The notes: generated from the letters alone by a model not told the origin. Positions 49,721-63,240 are shown, numbered from the whole stretch's first letter. The stretch is 63,332 nt of DNA, filler included, from Octopus bimaculoides (GCF_001194135.2; 8 parts of 7 records of this genome joined end to end with filler, not necessarily neighbours in it); one strand, 5' to 3'. Made by a program: numbers and translations.

Positions 49721-50070
49721 TTAATTATATATATATATATACATACATATATATGTATAATGTTCGAAAGACAAACCCGGCGGCAGAGCAACTACGAAAG
49801 TCATCATTTCTCAGCCAATTGTTTAGATAATCTCGCTTTAATTCTGAGTATATATATTATTATCAAGATGTATTATCATATATTTACTATATGTGTGTTC
49901 GTGTGTGTGTGTGTGTGTGTGTGCGTGAGTGTGTGTGTATGTGTGTGTATGTATATGTGTATGTGAAGACGCACAGCTAAGTGGGAAGGATGTTGCAGTC
50001 ATGATTTCGAGATCGTGGGTTCGATTCCTATAATATTTCTAAGTCTCTTTAAAAGAGACTACGGTACTGG

Positions 50071-50271
50071 ATATTAATAGTTATTGCCAAGCCAACATGG
50101 CAGTCCAAAAAATAGGACGAAGGGGAAGCTGGTGACCTTCCCTGTTCGAAGGTTATAAAGGACAAAGTTTCGTGTGTCACATAGCTAGCTAGAGGCGATG
50201 GCCTCTTGGAGGTAATCAACGGCATCATTCGTCCTATTTTTTGGACTGCCATGTTGGCTTGGCGATAATTA

Positions 50272-50278
<7 letters not shown>
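50071..50278. mobile_element. 208-bp MITE-like element with ~51-bp terminal inverted repeats
   Basis: ATATTAATAGTTATTGCCAAGCCAACATGGCAGTCCAAAAAATAGGACGAA (50071-50121) vs its reverse complement at 50228-50278, 2 mismatches; internal hairpins GGGAAG/CTTCCC and AGAGGC/GCCTCT. Confidence 0.85.
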
Positions 50279-50303
<25 letters not shown>

Positions 50304-50716
50304 NNNNNNNNNNNNNNNNNNNNNNNNNNNNNNNNNNNNNNNNNNNNNNNNNNNNNNNNNNNNNNNNNNNNNNNNNNNNNNNNNNNNNNNNNNNNNNNNN
50401 NNNNNNNNNNNNNNNNNNNNNNNNNNNNNNNNNNNNNNNNNNNNNNNNNNNNNNNNNNNNNNNNNNNNNNNNNNNNNNNNNNNNNNNNNNNNNNNNNNNN
50501 NNNNNNNNNNNNNNNNNNNNNNNNNNNNNNNNNNNNNNNNNNNNNNNNNNNNNNNNNNNNNNNNNNNNNNNNNNNNNNNNNNNNNNNNNNNNNNNNNNNN
50601 NNNNNNNNNNNNNNNNNNNNNNNNNNNNNNNNNNNNNNNNNNNNNNNNNNNNNNNNNNNNNNNNNNNNNNNNNNNNNNNNNNNNNNNNNNNNNNNNNNNN
50701 NNNNNNNNNNNNNNNN

Positions 50717-50748
<32 letters not shown>

Positions 50749-51118
50749 GTATGTGCTATTCTTTTTTACTTGTATTGTATATATGTATGACATTCGTGTA
50801 TATGATGGTTCGCCTCTGTCACTAGAGAATCTTTTGCATGTTTTAAAATTTTCAATTTATCACCGATAATTTGCATTTAGAGGGTGTGTTTCAGTTTGAT
50901 TTGGACATTCTTTTAGAAGCCCTCTTTCGAGGCATGTGTACAAATTTGTTGTTACATACCCCAATGAACTTAAAGTAATGGGGTCAAGCGTAAATCAAAA
51001 ACCGGAGCATAAAAGGAACCAGTTTTTATGAGTTTTCCATGAATGTTATTCTTTTCCCAATAATTTACGAGACAATTAACTTGACTTTGCAGCTCTTATC
51101 TACAGCAGTGTCTTACTT

Positions 51119-51243
<125 letters not shown>

Positions 51244-52046
51244 GCTTGATTTTATTTCTTTTTATTGGAATATTCCACTAGCAATCTTAACTTTCTGCAG
51301 GTGTGCTGTGTGCTTCCAATGCAGACCAGTTCATTTTCTCTCGGTACTCGTGAAACGGTTTCACACCATCTCTTGATATTAGTATTGACTTTATAAACTA
51401 TACACATGATACAGTTGTTTTCTTTAACGTATTCTTTTAGGTTTTGACTCTGCGATTCGTCTGAAACAGTTAGGACTCTGCTTTATTTCTCCGTTTCACA
51501 AACATCTTGTTGATGATAAAGTTACCAGCATTGTTAATATGATACTAGTAGTAATGATTTTCAGGCTGTGTGTATTTTCAAGATGAAAATCAAGTGCCAA
51601 AATTATTGGTAGTAGCATTGGATAATAAAACCTTTTTGGATTGTAGTAAATATGTATAATAATTTTCCATGTATAACGACCCTTCATCAGCCGTCGGCTT
51701 TGCTGCTCCGGATTCCGAGCAATACATATGTATATGCGTATGTATGTTTTTATGTGCGCGCCCTTNNNNNNNNNNNNNNNNNNNNNNNNNNNNNNNNNNN
51801 NNNNNNNNNNNNNNNNNNNNNNNNNNNNNNNNNNNNNNNNNNNNNNNNNNNNNNNNNNNNNNNNNNNNNNNNNNNNNNNNNNNNNNNNNNNNNNNNNNNN
51901 NNNNNNNNNNNNNNNNNNNNNNNNNNNNNNNNNNNNNNNNNNNNNNNNNNNNNNNNNNNNNNNNNNNNNNNNNNNNNNNNNNNNNNNNNNNNNNNNNNNN
52001 NNNNNNNNNNNNNNNNNNNNNNNNNNNNNNNNNNNNNNNNNNNNNN

Positions 52047-52101
<55 letters not shown>

Positions 52102-52119
52102 GTGTGTGTGTGCGTATGA

Positions 52120-52310
52120 GTGTGTGTGTGTGTGTCCTCCACCACCGCTTGTCAACCGGTGTTGGTGTGTTTGCGTCTCAGTAACTTGGTAGTTCGGAGA
52201 AACAAACCAATACAAGTACTAGGCTCTACAAACATAATAAATCCTGGTGTCGATTCGTTCTACCAGACTCCTCAACGTGGAGCCCCAGCATGGCCGCATT
52301 CAAATGGCGG
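52120..52310 (+). mobile_element. SINE type A, 3' half
   Basis: CACCACCGCTTGTCAACCGGTGTTGGTGTG...AAGTACTAGGCT...CCCCAGCATGGCCGCA. Confidence 0.8.
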
Positions 52311-52774
52311 GAACAAGGTAGATATATATAAGTTGCTCCTTCAACGTAATACACACACACATACATACACACAAACTCGCACATGCATACACATGCACAC
52401 ATACACACACACACCGTCACGCAATCATACACATACACACACTGCCGCATCCACTCATGCGTACATGCGCAAATTTAAACACCTCACACACGCGCACACT
52501 ATCAACCATGCACTGACTCTCTCTTCGCCTCATCTCTCGGATCTCTCCATGGAATTAAATGCCAGTCACTAACCTATTCGTCGACTGGCACCCTTACATC
52601 ATTCACATAAGCACAAACACACACGCATCCAGTGGCAATCTTCACACTCTTCTATCCCCCAAAACCACTTTCTGTTTTCTATCCATTTGCGGTCACTTCA
52701 GCCATGTAACCACGGACTTGCTCTTCCTGAACTTTATCTTTCTCTGGATTTTTTTCCTTCTAGTTCTGACGAGT

Positions 52775-53092
52775 GAAGGCGCATGGCTTAGTGGTTAGGG
52801 CATTCGGCTCACGATCGTAAGGTCGTGAGTTCAATTCCCGGCGACGCGATGTGTCCGTGAGCAAGACACTTTTTTTCACGTTGCTTCAGTCCACTCAGCT
52901 GGCAAAAATGAGTAGTACCTGTTTTTCAAATGGCCGGCCTTATCACAATCTGTGTCACGCTGAGTCTCCCTTAGAACTACGTTAGGGGTACACGTGACTG
53001 TGGATTGCTCAGTCACTTGCAAGTTAATTTCACGAGCAAGTTGTTCCGTTGATCCTATCGGCTGGGACCCTTGTCGTCGTAACCGATGGAAT
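52775..53092 (+). mobile_element. tRNA-derived CORE-like SINE type C, full-length, inserted in an HHR core
   Basis: A box TGGCTTAGTGG, B box GAGTTCAATTCC, GTGTCCGTGAGCAAGACAC...; TTCTGACGA duplicated at 52764-52772 and 53103-53111. Confidence 0.85.
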
Positions 53093-53285
53093 GGCCCTAT
53101 AATTCTGACGAAGAGCTATGCGGAAAGCGTTAAAAACCTATTCTTTTCCTACCTTAACGAAGCGTCAAGATAATACATTCCATATATATGTCCCAGTTTT
53201 GTTATTAATTTTTATGTTCGATTGTAAATGTTCAACTTTTAACATTCGATTTCACTGTACATAAATACATACACACATATGTATG

Positions 53286-53344
<59 letters not shown>

Positions 53345-55134
53345 ACAATTTTATTTCGTAGGTGTTATCATATTGGCCAGTAGACAATCTGAAATAAATG
53401 ATAACGCTATTTATTTGAATCATTTCAAATTATACTTCACAATTATAATTCTCTCCGAAATATAATCAAAAACAATCAGCGTCGTATAAAATTGCTTTCC
53501 TAAATACAATTTCATTTTAAACTTTGAACATCTCTTGTTGTTAATAAACATCAATGTGACCAATGTCATCTTTTAAATTTCATTTCGTCAGTCTTCTTAG
53601 CTGTGAATTCGTATTAGAATGTATCACACACTCAACACACTAAATAATATACGCACACGTCATAATTAACGAATGTTTCGATGGTCTGTTGCTGTGTTCA
53701 GTAACTGATGCGTTTCTACATAATAAAACTGTTAAATTTCGAATATTTTATTGAATGCTATTATGACTGGCATGTCATAAAAGACTACATCGGAATGACA
53801 TTAAGAGAATAATTCTGCAATAAACAACACTGTTTTATTACTCACAGACTGTATACTACTTGAAATATATGTGTGCGCGCGGGCGTTTGACTGTCTCTGT
53901 GTTATTATTATTCCTGTTATTATTATTATTAATATTATTATTATTATTATTATTATTAGTGTTGTTGTTGTTGTTGATATTGTTACTATTATTATTATTA
54001 TTGTCATCATCATTATTATTGTTACTACTACTGCATTCTATACTGTATTTAATATAGACTTCTGTATATTGATTTTGATTTCTAGCAATGGCATCAGGCC
54101 AAAATTATTGAGGCAATGGTCTGTTAGTTGAAGCTGGTTTATAAAACGTAGCTGGGACTTTTATTGCCGAACCATGGAGAGATGAGAGACAACAGTTTAC
54201 CTTAATATTGGTAGGATTTCTGTTCAGAAAGTGAACAATGACGTAAATCTATGCAATCTGGCATAATGGCTGGCGCATTGCTGTCTCTGTTATTCATTAA
54301 ATTATGCAAGGAACAGATTAGCTGGGACTTCAAAGTTTCGACTCTTCTTCATTTTTCAATACATTCGTATTCTATTAAAACTTATTGAGTAATTTTTCAG
54401 TGTGTTGTTAAATTAGGACCAGATACTGCAACAGCTTGGGTTTCAGGGTTCCACAGCTCTTCAGTAGCTTCCCAAAATGTCTTCTTTTCTCAACATAGTT
54501 AAATACAGTAGGAGTGTCATTACAGTTCTCGCAAATTTGGAAGGCAGAAATCACTCGTGAACCAGTATAATCCCTCAAAACTAAAGTGAAGTGTATTGAA
54601 AGGAGTAGAGTATGGTGCACCCTTCTGTACCATTTGTCCATTCTAAAGGTAACTGGACATACTGCAATATAGTTTATTCATAAATCATGATACTTTACTC
54701 TTGATTTCACCACCAATAGGTAGGGCCTTGCAAATACAATGAATACTGGTCCCGTCTCTACAGATTAGGCCATTGAGGCTAAGAATATGGGACGAAAGCT
54801 CAAATGAAATGAGACATTAGAGTCCCCATTACAATTGTGAAAGGATGACAAACATGATGTAGGAATTCTTGGGAAAGTAAACGTTGTTTATAGTTTTGCA
54901 TGTTATCTCCCTTATAAGAGCACATACTAAATGAAAGTACAATTTTAATTGTATTACAATACAATCAAAGTTGCAATCAAAGTCAGACAATTATAATGAA
55001 TTTTAGATTACTTCTTAAGTAGATAAACACCATTTTAAATGATTAACTGTAATCTAGAATATGTATAACACTTTGGAGCGTAAATATTTAAACACGGGAA
55101 CGAATTCCGAAAGTGTTGTTCAAAAGTTTGTCAT

Positions 55135-55480
55135 TGCAGCCACGTCGCTTCGGGATCTATCCAACTGCATGGCACCCTCGACAGGAGCTTTCTACTTTAG
55201 ATCCGGGTCGACTAATGTAGGCGAATTTGGTAGACGGAAACTTCGTGGTATCACATCGTACGAGTGTGTATGTGTGTGTGTTTATGTGTGTGTCGAGGTG
55301 TTTGTTTCCACTCTAACATGTGACAACCATTCTTGGTTAGTTTACGTATCTGCAACGCAGCGGTTCGATAAAGAGATCGATAGAATAAGTACAAGTCTTT
55401 AGACGTTAGTGCTGGCGTTGAATTGTTCGTCTAAACCTTCAAAATGGTGCCCCTGCATGGCCAAAGTCACGTGATTGTAA
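55135..55480 (+). mobile_element. SINE type A, diverged
   Basis: GAATTTGGTAGACGGAAAC, TG tract, GATAGAATAAGTACAAG, GGTGCCCCTGCATGGCC. Confidence 0.75.
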
Positions 55481-55614
55481 CACGTAATAGGTACGATGAA
55501 ATGTTAAATACGATTTTCAGATATGACTGATATGATTCACAGTTACATTTATTTGAATGTACATTCCACTTTGATATCATGTTTTTCCTTAGTGTTGTAA
55601 TATTCTCCATCATA

Positions 55615-55776
55615 TCAAGTGGTAAGACGTGTGCTTCCTAACCACATTATCCCGGGTTGAGCGCCACCACTAGCCGCCTTGGACATGTGCTTTCTACTAC
55701 AGCCTCGGGCTGACCAAATCCTTGTGAGTGGATTTAGTAGACGGAAACTGAAAGAAACCCATCGTACATAAATGTA

Positions 55777-55840
<64 letters not shown>

Positions 55841-56020
55841 TATGTTTGGAACCCACCATTGCCACCACCTCTTGATAACTAGTGTTGTGTGTTTTTGTCC
55901 ACTTAACTTAGTGGTTCAGTTTAAAAGATCGGTAAAATAAATATCAGGTTTCAAAACAAAATATTGGGGGTGATTCGTTCCACTAAAAGGCTTCAAGGCG
56001 GTGCTCCAGTTTGGCCAGAA
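55615..56020 (+). mobile_element. SINE type A, near full-length
   Basis: CCTTGTGAGTGGATTTAGTAGACGGAAACTGAAAGAAACCCATCG, TG tract, GGCGGTGCTCCAG. Confidence 0.82.
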
Positions 56021-56186
56021 TGTAATAGCAAAAAGGAATAAAATATTAAAAGAATATACTAAAATTTTATTCAAAAATACTGAATTAAAGAGAATAATTC
56101 CGTTTGTTTTGAATATTTTATCATCTCGTCCCTGTAAATATGAGAACATAGTGTAATCGTTAACATATTCCTTATTTACCCCACAG

Positions 56187-56347
56187 GTAACCTGAGAACC
56201 ACCAGACGTATATTCAAATACGATGCTGTAGAAACGATAGCGTATCTTTTGATAAATTTTAGACATCCTGTCACATTGCCATACAAGTGTTTCCATAAGA
56301 CGTCTCGACATGACTTGGGAAAGTTTGAAAGTTATTTCCAGAGAGCT
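56187..56347 (+). CDS. Candidate internal coding exon of an unidentified gene (161 nt, phase 1 to 0)
   Basis: Acceptor CCTTATTTACCCCACAG|, donor GCT|GTGAGT, open frame (G)NLRTTRRIFKYDAVETIAYLLINFRHPVTLPYKCFHKTSRHDLGKFESYFQRA in non-repetitive sequence; protein not recognised. Confidence 0.4.
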
Positions 56348-58554
56348 GTGAGTCTCAGTAGATACTGAATGCTCTGACTCGTTAGCGCCCTATTAATTGT
56401 TCATTCTTTTATAAGCTATACTGTATCTATCGCTCCAAAATTTGTTCACAGTTTTCATTAGATTACCGGAGAACAAATTCTTTCGTAATGCGCGCGCGCG
56501 TGTGTGTGTGTGCGTGTGCGTGTGTGTGTGTGTAGTTTCCTAGACCGATATTGTCAGTGTGAAATTGAGTTAAATAAGCCTGTCCAAGGCAATAGATATA
56601 AATACTTTGTTCTTATAATTATAACATACAAAACCGAGAAAACTATAAATTAAATAACAGTAAGCAATATGGCTCTTGTAGTAATCTATTATATAAGACC
56701 ATATAGCATATATAAATATTGTTTGTTTGGCTAGTTGGTTGGTTGGTTGGTTGGTTGGTTGGTTGATTTGCATCTTATTGAGTCAGCGTAGAGGGGAAGC
56801 ACTAGAAGTGACCTACAAATAGAGTTAACAGAAGAGGTACAAGGTAACTGCGCATGCAGGTTTGGTGACAGGTAATGAGTTAAATTACACGATACACAAT
56901 CAGTAAGAGAGAAAGAATCACACTAACAGGAAAGGAGAGGAAATAAATGGCAAAGTACTTATGGGAGAAATTAAACAAATAATAAGTTTGTTTTATTTAA
57001 TTTCATTCCATGATAATTCATTTCTGACAATATTTATTCCTTTCAACATTTTTCCATCAGCTGCAAGAAATTTGATAAAAGTTAAATTATAACTATAGCC
57101 ATATTTCCTGATGATATAGTTCATGATGGCAGCATTTTGCTTCCGAAGTTGCCCGACATATTCTAATATATAAATAATACGCTAGTATATAATTAATCTA
57201 CTCTGGCGACGTAGATAAAATAAATATTTCCAGCACACGGATGTTATGTATCTTCCGGTGGTAGCAGCTGCTCCGACTATCTGAGTTGCAGCATTTGAAG
57301 GTGAATCATATTTAGATATAGCGAGACATCCTTTGATATACACACTTCTGAGAAACATACGACTATTTCAGATAGTACACTGTATTATATATAATAGCCA
57401 TTAAGTCATATCTCCTGCGATAATGTCCCAGTATCACATCAAACAAAACCGGTATTTAATTCGTCAATTGAGATAATATTTCATTAACTACATTTACCCA
57501 TACAATTGCATAAACAACTATAATATTTATTGAAGTTCAGTTGATAATTACGTCCAAATTTTGTTGATGGCTTACTCAAAGTTAATCGGTTCTCATAAAC
57601 TTCCACAGATGATACGCATGAACTATCAATAGTATTATATATGAGTGTATGTGTGTGCATTAATGAGTATATAGATATAAATACACATTGGGTATGTGTG
57701 TAAATCAGTGGTTCTCAGCAAGAGTTCATATGTCCCCTGGTGGTTCATATAAGGTTTTCTTGTTAAATTCCGTGCTATAAATTGTTAATACTTATACAAT
57801 ATACGAAATATTTTTTTTTTTAATATAATTCCAAATAATATTTCATTAAAAAATGATAGTACGATTTTTTTTTAATATTCATCGAGTGGCTATAGAGATC
57901 CAGTAGAGTAAAGTAGTTATGAGAGGGCTCTATATGCAAGAGATGGCTGAAAGCCACAGGTGTAAATGAAAGGCACTCAACGTGACACACAGATGTACGA
58001 ATCACAATATTTCTTCAAGACACTCATGCTGAAAGACAACTATGCTGCCTGTTGGTTGGAATTCACCCAACCACTAATTAAAATTTCCATCATATATCTC
58101 TCCATCTTTAGCGAGACCGGACGCTGTTTCCGTTTCTCTGACCGGTTAAATTTCAAACTTTTGAATCTGATTGTAGCCTGAGCGGAGATGAAACTCTACA
58201 CGAGATAAAACGAGAGTAAGAGTAAGAGTTTGTGGTGAACTTTAAGAAAAGTAGTGAAGAGCCGAATGATCATTGTTCACATTTGAGTAAAGTTCGTGGA
58301 ATTCGGTGTTAGTAAACACAAGATGGAAACAATGGCGGAGGTGCGGCACACCCCGATACAAAATCGAGATCATTTTTCGCATGAGTTCCTTTAATTTGAA
58401 TGCTGAAAGTCAAGCCATGTAGAGGAGTACATGGATTTCCTGAAATACTTGCAAATTCCAACTGACGTCCTCAAAACCCCTCATTATAACAGATTTTTTA
58501 AAAATCGTCCTTACACCAGTCGCTAGACGAAATAGCGATACAATGAACAAGCAC

Positions 58555-58790
58555 ACCGTCAGTCACTACAAATTTCATTTCATGAGATCAATGGAAGACA
58601 CTGCTCGTGAAATTAACGTGCAAGTGGCTGAGCGTTCCACAGATACGCGTAGCCTTAAGATAGTTTTCGTGGAAACTCAGGGTTGATAAAGAATGTGCCA
58701 ATGCTGACTCTTTGAAATAATGGTATTACTCATTTTTGCCAATTCAATGAACTGAAGCAACATGAAATAAAGAAACTTGCTGAAGACACT
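58555..58790 (-). mobile_element. SINE type C, 3'/central part
   Basis: GCTCGTGAAATTAACGTGCAAGTGGCTGAGCGTTCCACAGA...TACTCATTTTTGCCA...GAAGCAACATGAAATAAAG. Confidence 0.75.
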
Positions 58791-59434
58791 TTATTTTAAA
58801 TAACCTAACTTCTTAGTCACGCGTCTTCACGATGCTTCAAGAAATATCATATCAAAACACTTTTATGAATTTTGGATGGATTAAATTTAAATTTGCTCAA
58901 AGAACTTACAGATTAGAAGAGCAGGTGTGTGTACAAACGGTACACCAACTCATACACATGGGATTCCACACAGAGAATCTCACTAAATAGAAACCAATTT
59001 CAGCCAAACCTTTAAAGAGCCTTTCTTTCAGATGTCGAAATATTTTCGGTAATAATTTTAATTTTAAGAACAGATAAACTATGCAGGAACAGATAGAGTA
59101 TTATTTTATATTTTAGAAACATATATGATATTATAATGAAGGGGAATTGCATGTAATATATCACAACTTCAAAACTCACCGTCCTTTCATGAGATCCACA
59201 ATAGAAGCCAGTGACAAAATACAATTACCGTATTTTATGTACTCGAAAAATTATGTGGCAAAGATCACATTTGACGTATTCTATAAACGAACGCATAAAG
59301 ATTTATATTGAATTTTTTACTTCTGTCATCCATCATAAATGAATCAAAATATCCCATAATTCACGTCAAGAAGCATAAGTGCAATGAAATACATATGTGC
59401 AATAGGGGCAGATCAAAATTATATATATATATAT

Positions 59435-59534
59435 NNNNNNNNNNNNNNNNNNNNNNNNNNNNNNNNNNNNNNNNNNNNTTAATTAATTAANNNNNNNNNN
59501 NNNNNNNNNNNNNNNNNNNNNNNNNNNNNNNNNN
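59435..59534. other. Artificial scaffold spacer
   Basis: Linker at 59479-59490. Confidence 0.95.
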
Positions 59535-59564
59535 CATACACACACACACACACACACACACGAC

Positions 59565-59695
59565 GATCTTTCACAGTTTTCGTCCACCAAATCCGCTAAC
59601 AAGGCATAGGTCAGCACAGTGCTATTGTAAAAGACACTTGCCGAGGGTGTTACGCAGTGGAACTGAACCCAAAATTACGTGGTTGCAAAGCAAGT
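59565..59695 (-). mobile_element. SINE type A, 5' part
   Basis: CAGTTTTCGTCCACCAAATCC...GACACTTGCCGAGGGTG...GGAACTGAACCC. Confidence 0.75.
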
Positions 59696-60078
59696 AATAT
59701 ATCTTGTTACTAGTTATTTAACAAAAGCCTGTCAACTACCCGTTTCTCACTGTCGATGTTAATGCGAATTTACGAGATTTTCATGCTTAGAAAGATTATG
59801 TTTAATGAACGAACGCTGTTCAAACAAGGTGTGGAGGGTGGGTGGTGTTTTGAGGAGTCAACGTTTTATGTTCAAACAACGTCTTGATAAGAATTAACTC
59901 CTGAATTCTAATGAGGAGATTAAATGAACGAACAAAAACACACATGTATGCACAGCCAGAAATTATTTTAAATATCAAAAGCAAGAAATCTTATACACAC
60001 ACACACACATACGCACACACACGCGCGCACGCTCGCGCGCGTACGATTGCAGGATTATATCAAATAACACAGATTCTT

Positions 60079-60161
60079 AAAATGGCGGCCGGTAATAAAT
60101 TTTCGTTTCAATTGGGAAACTGAAATTCTGTAGAAAAAGTGGGTAGACGAAGGTACTTCCG
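60079..60161. promoter_or_regulatory. Possible housekeeping-type promoter motifs (YY1-like and ETS-like)
   Basis: AAAATGGCGGC at 60079-60089 and ACTTCCG at 60155-60161, with a CpG-rich stretch just upstream; no linked gene seen. Confidence 0.3.
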
Positions 60162-60654
60162 TAAATACCGAAGGAAGAGACAAGCTAATTAACGATATGT
60201 NNNNNNNNNNNNNNNNNNNNNNNNNNNNNNNNNNNNNNNNNNNNNNNNNNNNNNNNNNNNNNNNNNNNNNNNNNNNNNNNNNNNNNNNNNNNNNNNNNNN
60301 NNNNNNNNNNNNNNNNNNNNNNNNNNNNNNNNNNNNNNNNNNNNNNNNNNNNNNNNNNNNNNNNNNNNNNNNNNNNNNNNNNNNNNNNNNNNNNNNNNNN
60401 NNNNNNNNNNNNNNNNNNNNNNNNNNNNNNNNNNNNNNNNNNNNNNNNNNNNNNNNNNNNNNNNNNNNNNNNNNNNNNNNNNNNNNNNNNNNNNNNNNNN
60501 NNNNNNNNNNNNNNNNNNNNNNNNNNNNNNNNNNNNNNNNNNNNNNNNNNNNNNNNNNNNNNNNNNNNNNNNNNNNNNNNNNNNNNNNNATACAAAGAAT
60601 ATATATACATGTATACACACATATATGTACATACTTACATCTACATGTGTATAT

Positions 60655-60800
60655 ACATGCATATCAGGGTACAGGACGTTAGAACAATAAACTACAGACA
60701 ACGGAACGAACACATAGGAAAACGGAAAGCCCCTTGGAATATCCATTCATCAGCTGTCTCTATTCTATCTAGACGTTTCGAAGACCAGACAGGACGTACT
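60655..60800 (-). mobile_element. Putative PLE terminal-repeat family member with HHR half-motifs
   Basis: Homologous to 10700-10900; minus strand GAAACGTC (60772-60779) and CTGATGA (60747-60753). Confidence 0.55.
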
Positions 60801-61022
60801 CTGTGTATGTTTGTGTGTCTGTGTTTGTCACCCCACCATCGCTTGACAACCGATGCTGGTTTGTTTACGTCCCCGTAACTTAGCGGTTCGGCAAAAGAGA
60901 CCGATAGAATAAGTACTAGGCTTACAAAGAATAAGTCCAGGGGTCAATTTGCTCGACTAAAAAGGCGGTGCTCCAGCATGGCCGCAGTCAAATAACTGAA
61001 ACAAGTAAAAGAGTAAAAGAGT
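60800..61022 (+). mobile_element. SINE type A, young-looking 3' half
   Basis: Near-consensus CGCTTGACAACCGATGCTGG...GGCGGTGCTCCAGCATGGCCGCAGTC...GTAAAAGAGTAAAAGAG with CpGs intact. Confidence 0.9.
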
Positions 61023-61069
61023 ATATTTACACACTACGTCCTATTTACTGTTTGTCCTACAAAACCTAT

Positions 61070-61102
<33 letters not shown>

Positions 61103-61495
61103 GCACTAATGTACATACATATACACATACGTGTGTATGTGTATGTGTATAAATCCCCCTGCTCGCCGCCACCCCCAACCCATCACCAAATATATATCCT
61201 TCATCTTGGTCGGTTGTTCGAAAAATATTCAACAGGAGGCCAGAAACTCGCTTTTACAAAGCGTCTTCTCTCTATGACCAGCGAAATATCAGCTGCCAAG
61301 GGAAATCAAAAATGACATTTATCTAATTTTAGCCTCGCTGCTATTTTCTACAAATTAAACCCATCTAAATAACCGACTTGAACACAACTTGTTCCGCATA
61401 CATACATACATACATACATATACATATATATGTAACCTCGTGGGCATCGGTACCATTTTCCTCTTTCTCCGTTCTTCCATTCTCCGAACTTTCCA

Positions 61496-61530
61496 TCTTT
61501 CCGACGAAGGGCTACGCCCGAAACGTCATA
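61496..61530 (+). ncRNA. Minimal PLE-type hammerhead (U4 to C change) in a probable PLE 3' region (~61180-61630)
   Basis: CCGACGA A GGGC TAC GCCC GAAAC GTC; palindromic ACGT stem III; stem I weak; homologue at 53105-53135. Confidence 0.65.
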
Positions 61531-61633
61531 CACTCTCTCTTTCCTTTCCTGAGCGTCCAATAATACTATCCATATCAAGTCCTCACTTTGTTGTTTTTTT
61601 GTTTCTTTGTTATTGTGTTTTTGAACTATATAT

Positions 61634-61733
61634 NNNNNNNNNNNNNNNNNNNNNNNNNNNNNNNNNNNNNNNNNNNNTTAATTAATTAANNNNNNNNNNN
61701 NNNNNNNNNNNNNNNNNNNNNNNNNNNNNNNNN
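61634..61733. other. Artificial scaffold spacer
   Basis: Linker at 61678-61689. Confidence 0.95.
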
Positions 61734-61828
61734 TATATACATACGTATATGTACATATTTACATCTATATGTATATACATATGCATATGTGGGGACAGGA
61801 CGTCATGAAATTCACAATTGCGGTATTC

Positions 61829-62148
61829 GGCACGTGGCCTAATGGTTCGGGTATTTGGCTCGCGATCGTAAATTCGTGAGTTCGATTCCTGGCAGCACGT
61901 TGTCTCCTTGGGCAAGACACTTTATTTCACATTGCTCCAGTCCACTCACCTGACGAAAATGAGTTGTACCTGTATTTCAAAGGGCCGGCCTTGTCACACT
62001 CTTTGTCACGCTGAATCACCCTGAGAAATATGTTAAGGGTAAACGTGTCTGTCTGTGGAGTACTCAGCCACTTGCACGTTAATTTCACTAGCAGGTTGTT
62101 CCGTTGACCGGATCAACTGGAACCCTCGTCGTCACAACCGACAGAGCA
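61829..62148 (+). mobile_element. tRNA-derived CORE-like SINE type C, full-length
   Basis: TGGCCTAATGG and GAGTTCGATTCC boxes; colinear with 52775-53092. Confidence 0.88.
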
Positions 62149-62399
62149 CCCTGTTTTCGTCTTCTCTCCTCTCAGAGAGGATGGTCATTTAGGGTAATGT
62201 ACAGCCTAACTAAATCAGAATCTAATTACTTCAAAGACCAGAACCTATCAGTCCATGAGGATTGCGTGCCAGACTTCTTTTGCTGTGTTTAGCCACTCTC
62301 AGAAGTCTTGGAACCGTTTTACCAATAATCTTTATGATATCTCAAATATCAGAGGAACAATTTCAAACCAATTTCTGATCTAACACTTCTTTTTCACTT

Positions 62400-62691
<292 letters not shown>

Positions 62692-62999
62692 CTTTTCCCT
62701 CCTCACACACCGAGATCAATTTCCTTTAAAGTTTAGAAATCTCGTAGATTCAATTTTATTTCATTCTCTCTCCCCATTTGAACCCCTGACCTTTTCGTAC
62801 CTTAATGTCAATATCGCTAAGTAGAACTTTTCCATTCTTTGTTTCTTCCTTCCTAATCACCAAAATGGCACCATGACCACGTCTCTCTTTCCATTCTAGA
62901 ATCATCCTGGCATTCGAGATGCCCAGACACGGACAAATCTCGCCGTTTCAACTATTAAGTCTTCAGAATATGTGAGACTTCTTTTATCTCACTCTCTTT

Positions 63000-63003
63000 A
63001 TGT

Positions 63004-63038
<35 letters not shown>

Positions 63039-63240
63039 CACGCATACATGCATACATACACAACGACATACACACACAAACACACACACACACACATACA
63101 CGCATACATATACACACACATATACATGCATACATACATACATACATACATACACACAAACATACATGCATACATACACACATACATACATGCATGCATA
63201 CACACGCATATACACACACATATATACACACATATAAATA
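63000..63240. repeat. Compound (CA)n/(CATA)n microsatellite
   Basis: Direct reading. Confidence 0.95.

Noticed and set aside
50155-50215. GAAAC-TTT-GTC half hammerhead inside the TIR element
   Set aside because: No CTGANGA core found upstream.
54428-54470. Minus-strand CTGAAGA...GAAAC hammerhead-like motif
   Set aside because: Neither stem II nor stem I can pair.
54408-54641. Minus ORF MDKWYRR... (77 aa) as a gene
   Set aside because: No recognisable homology and no convincing splice signals.
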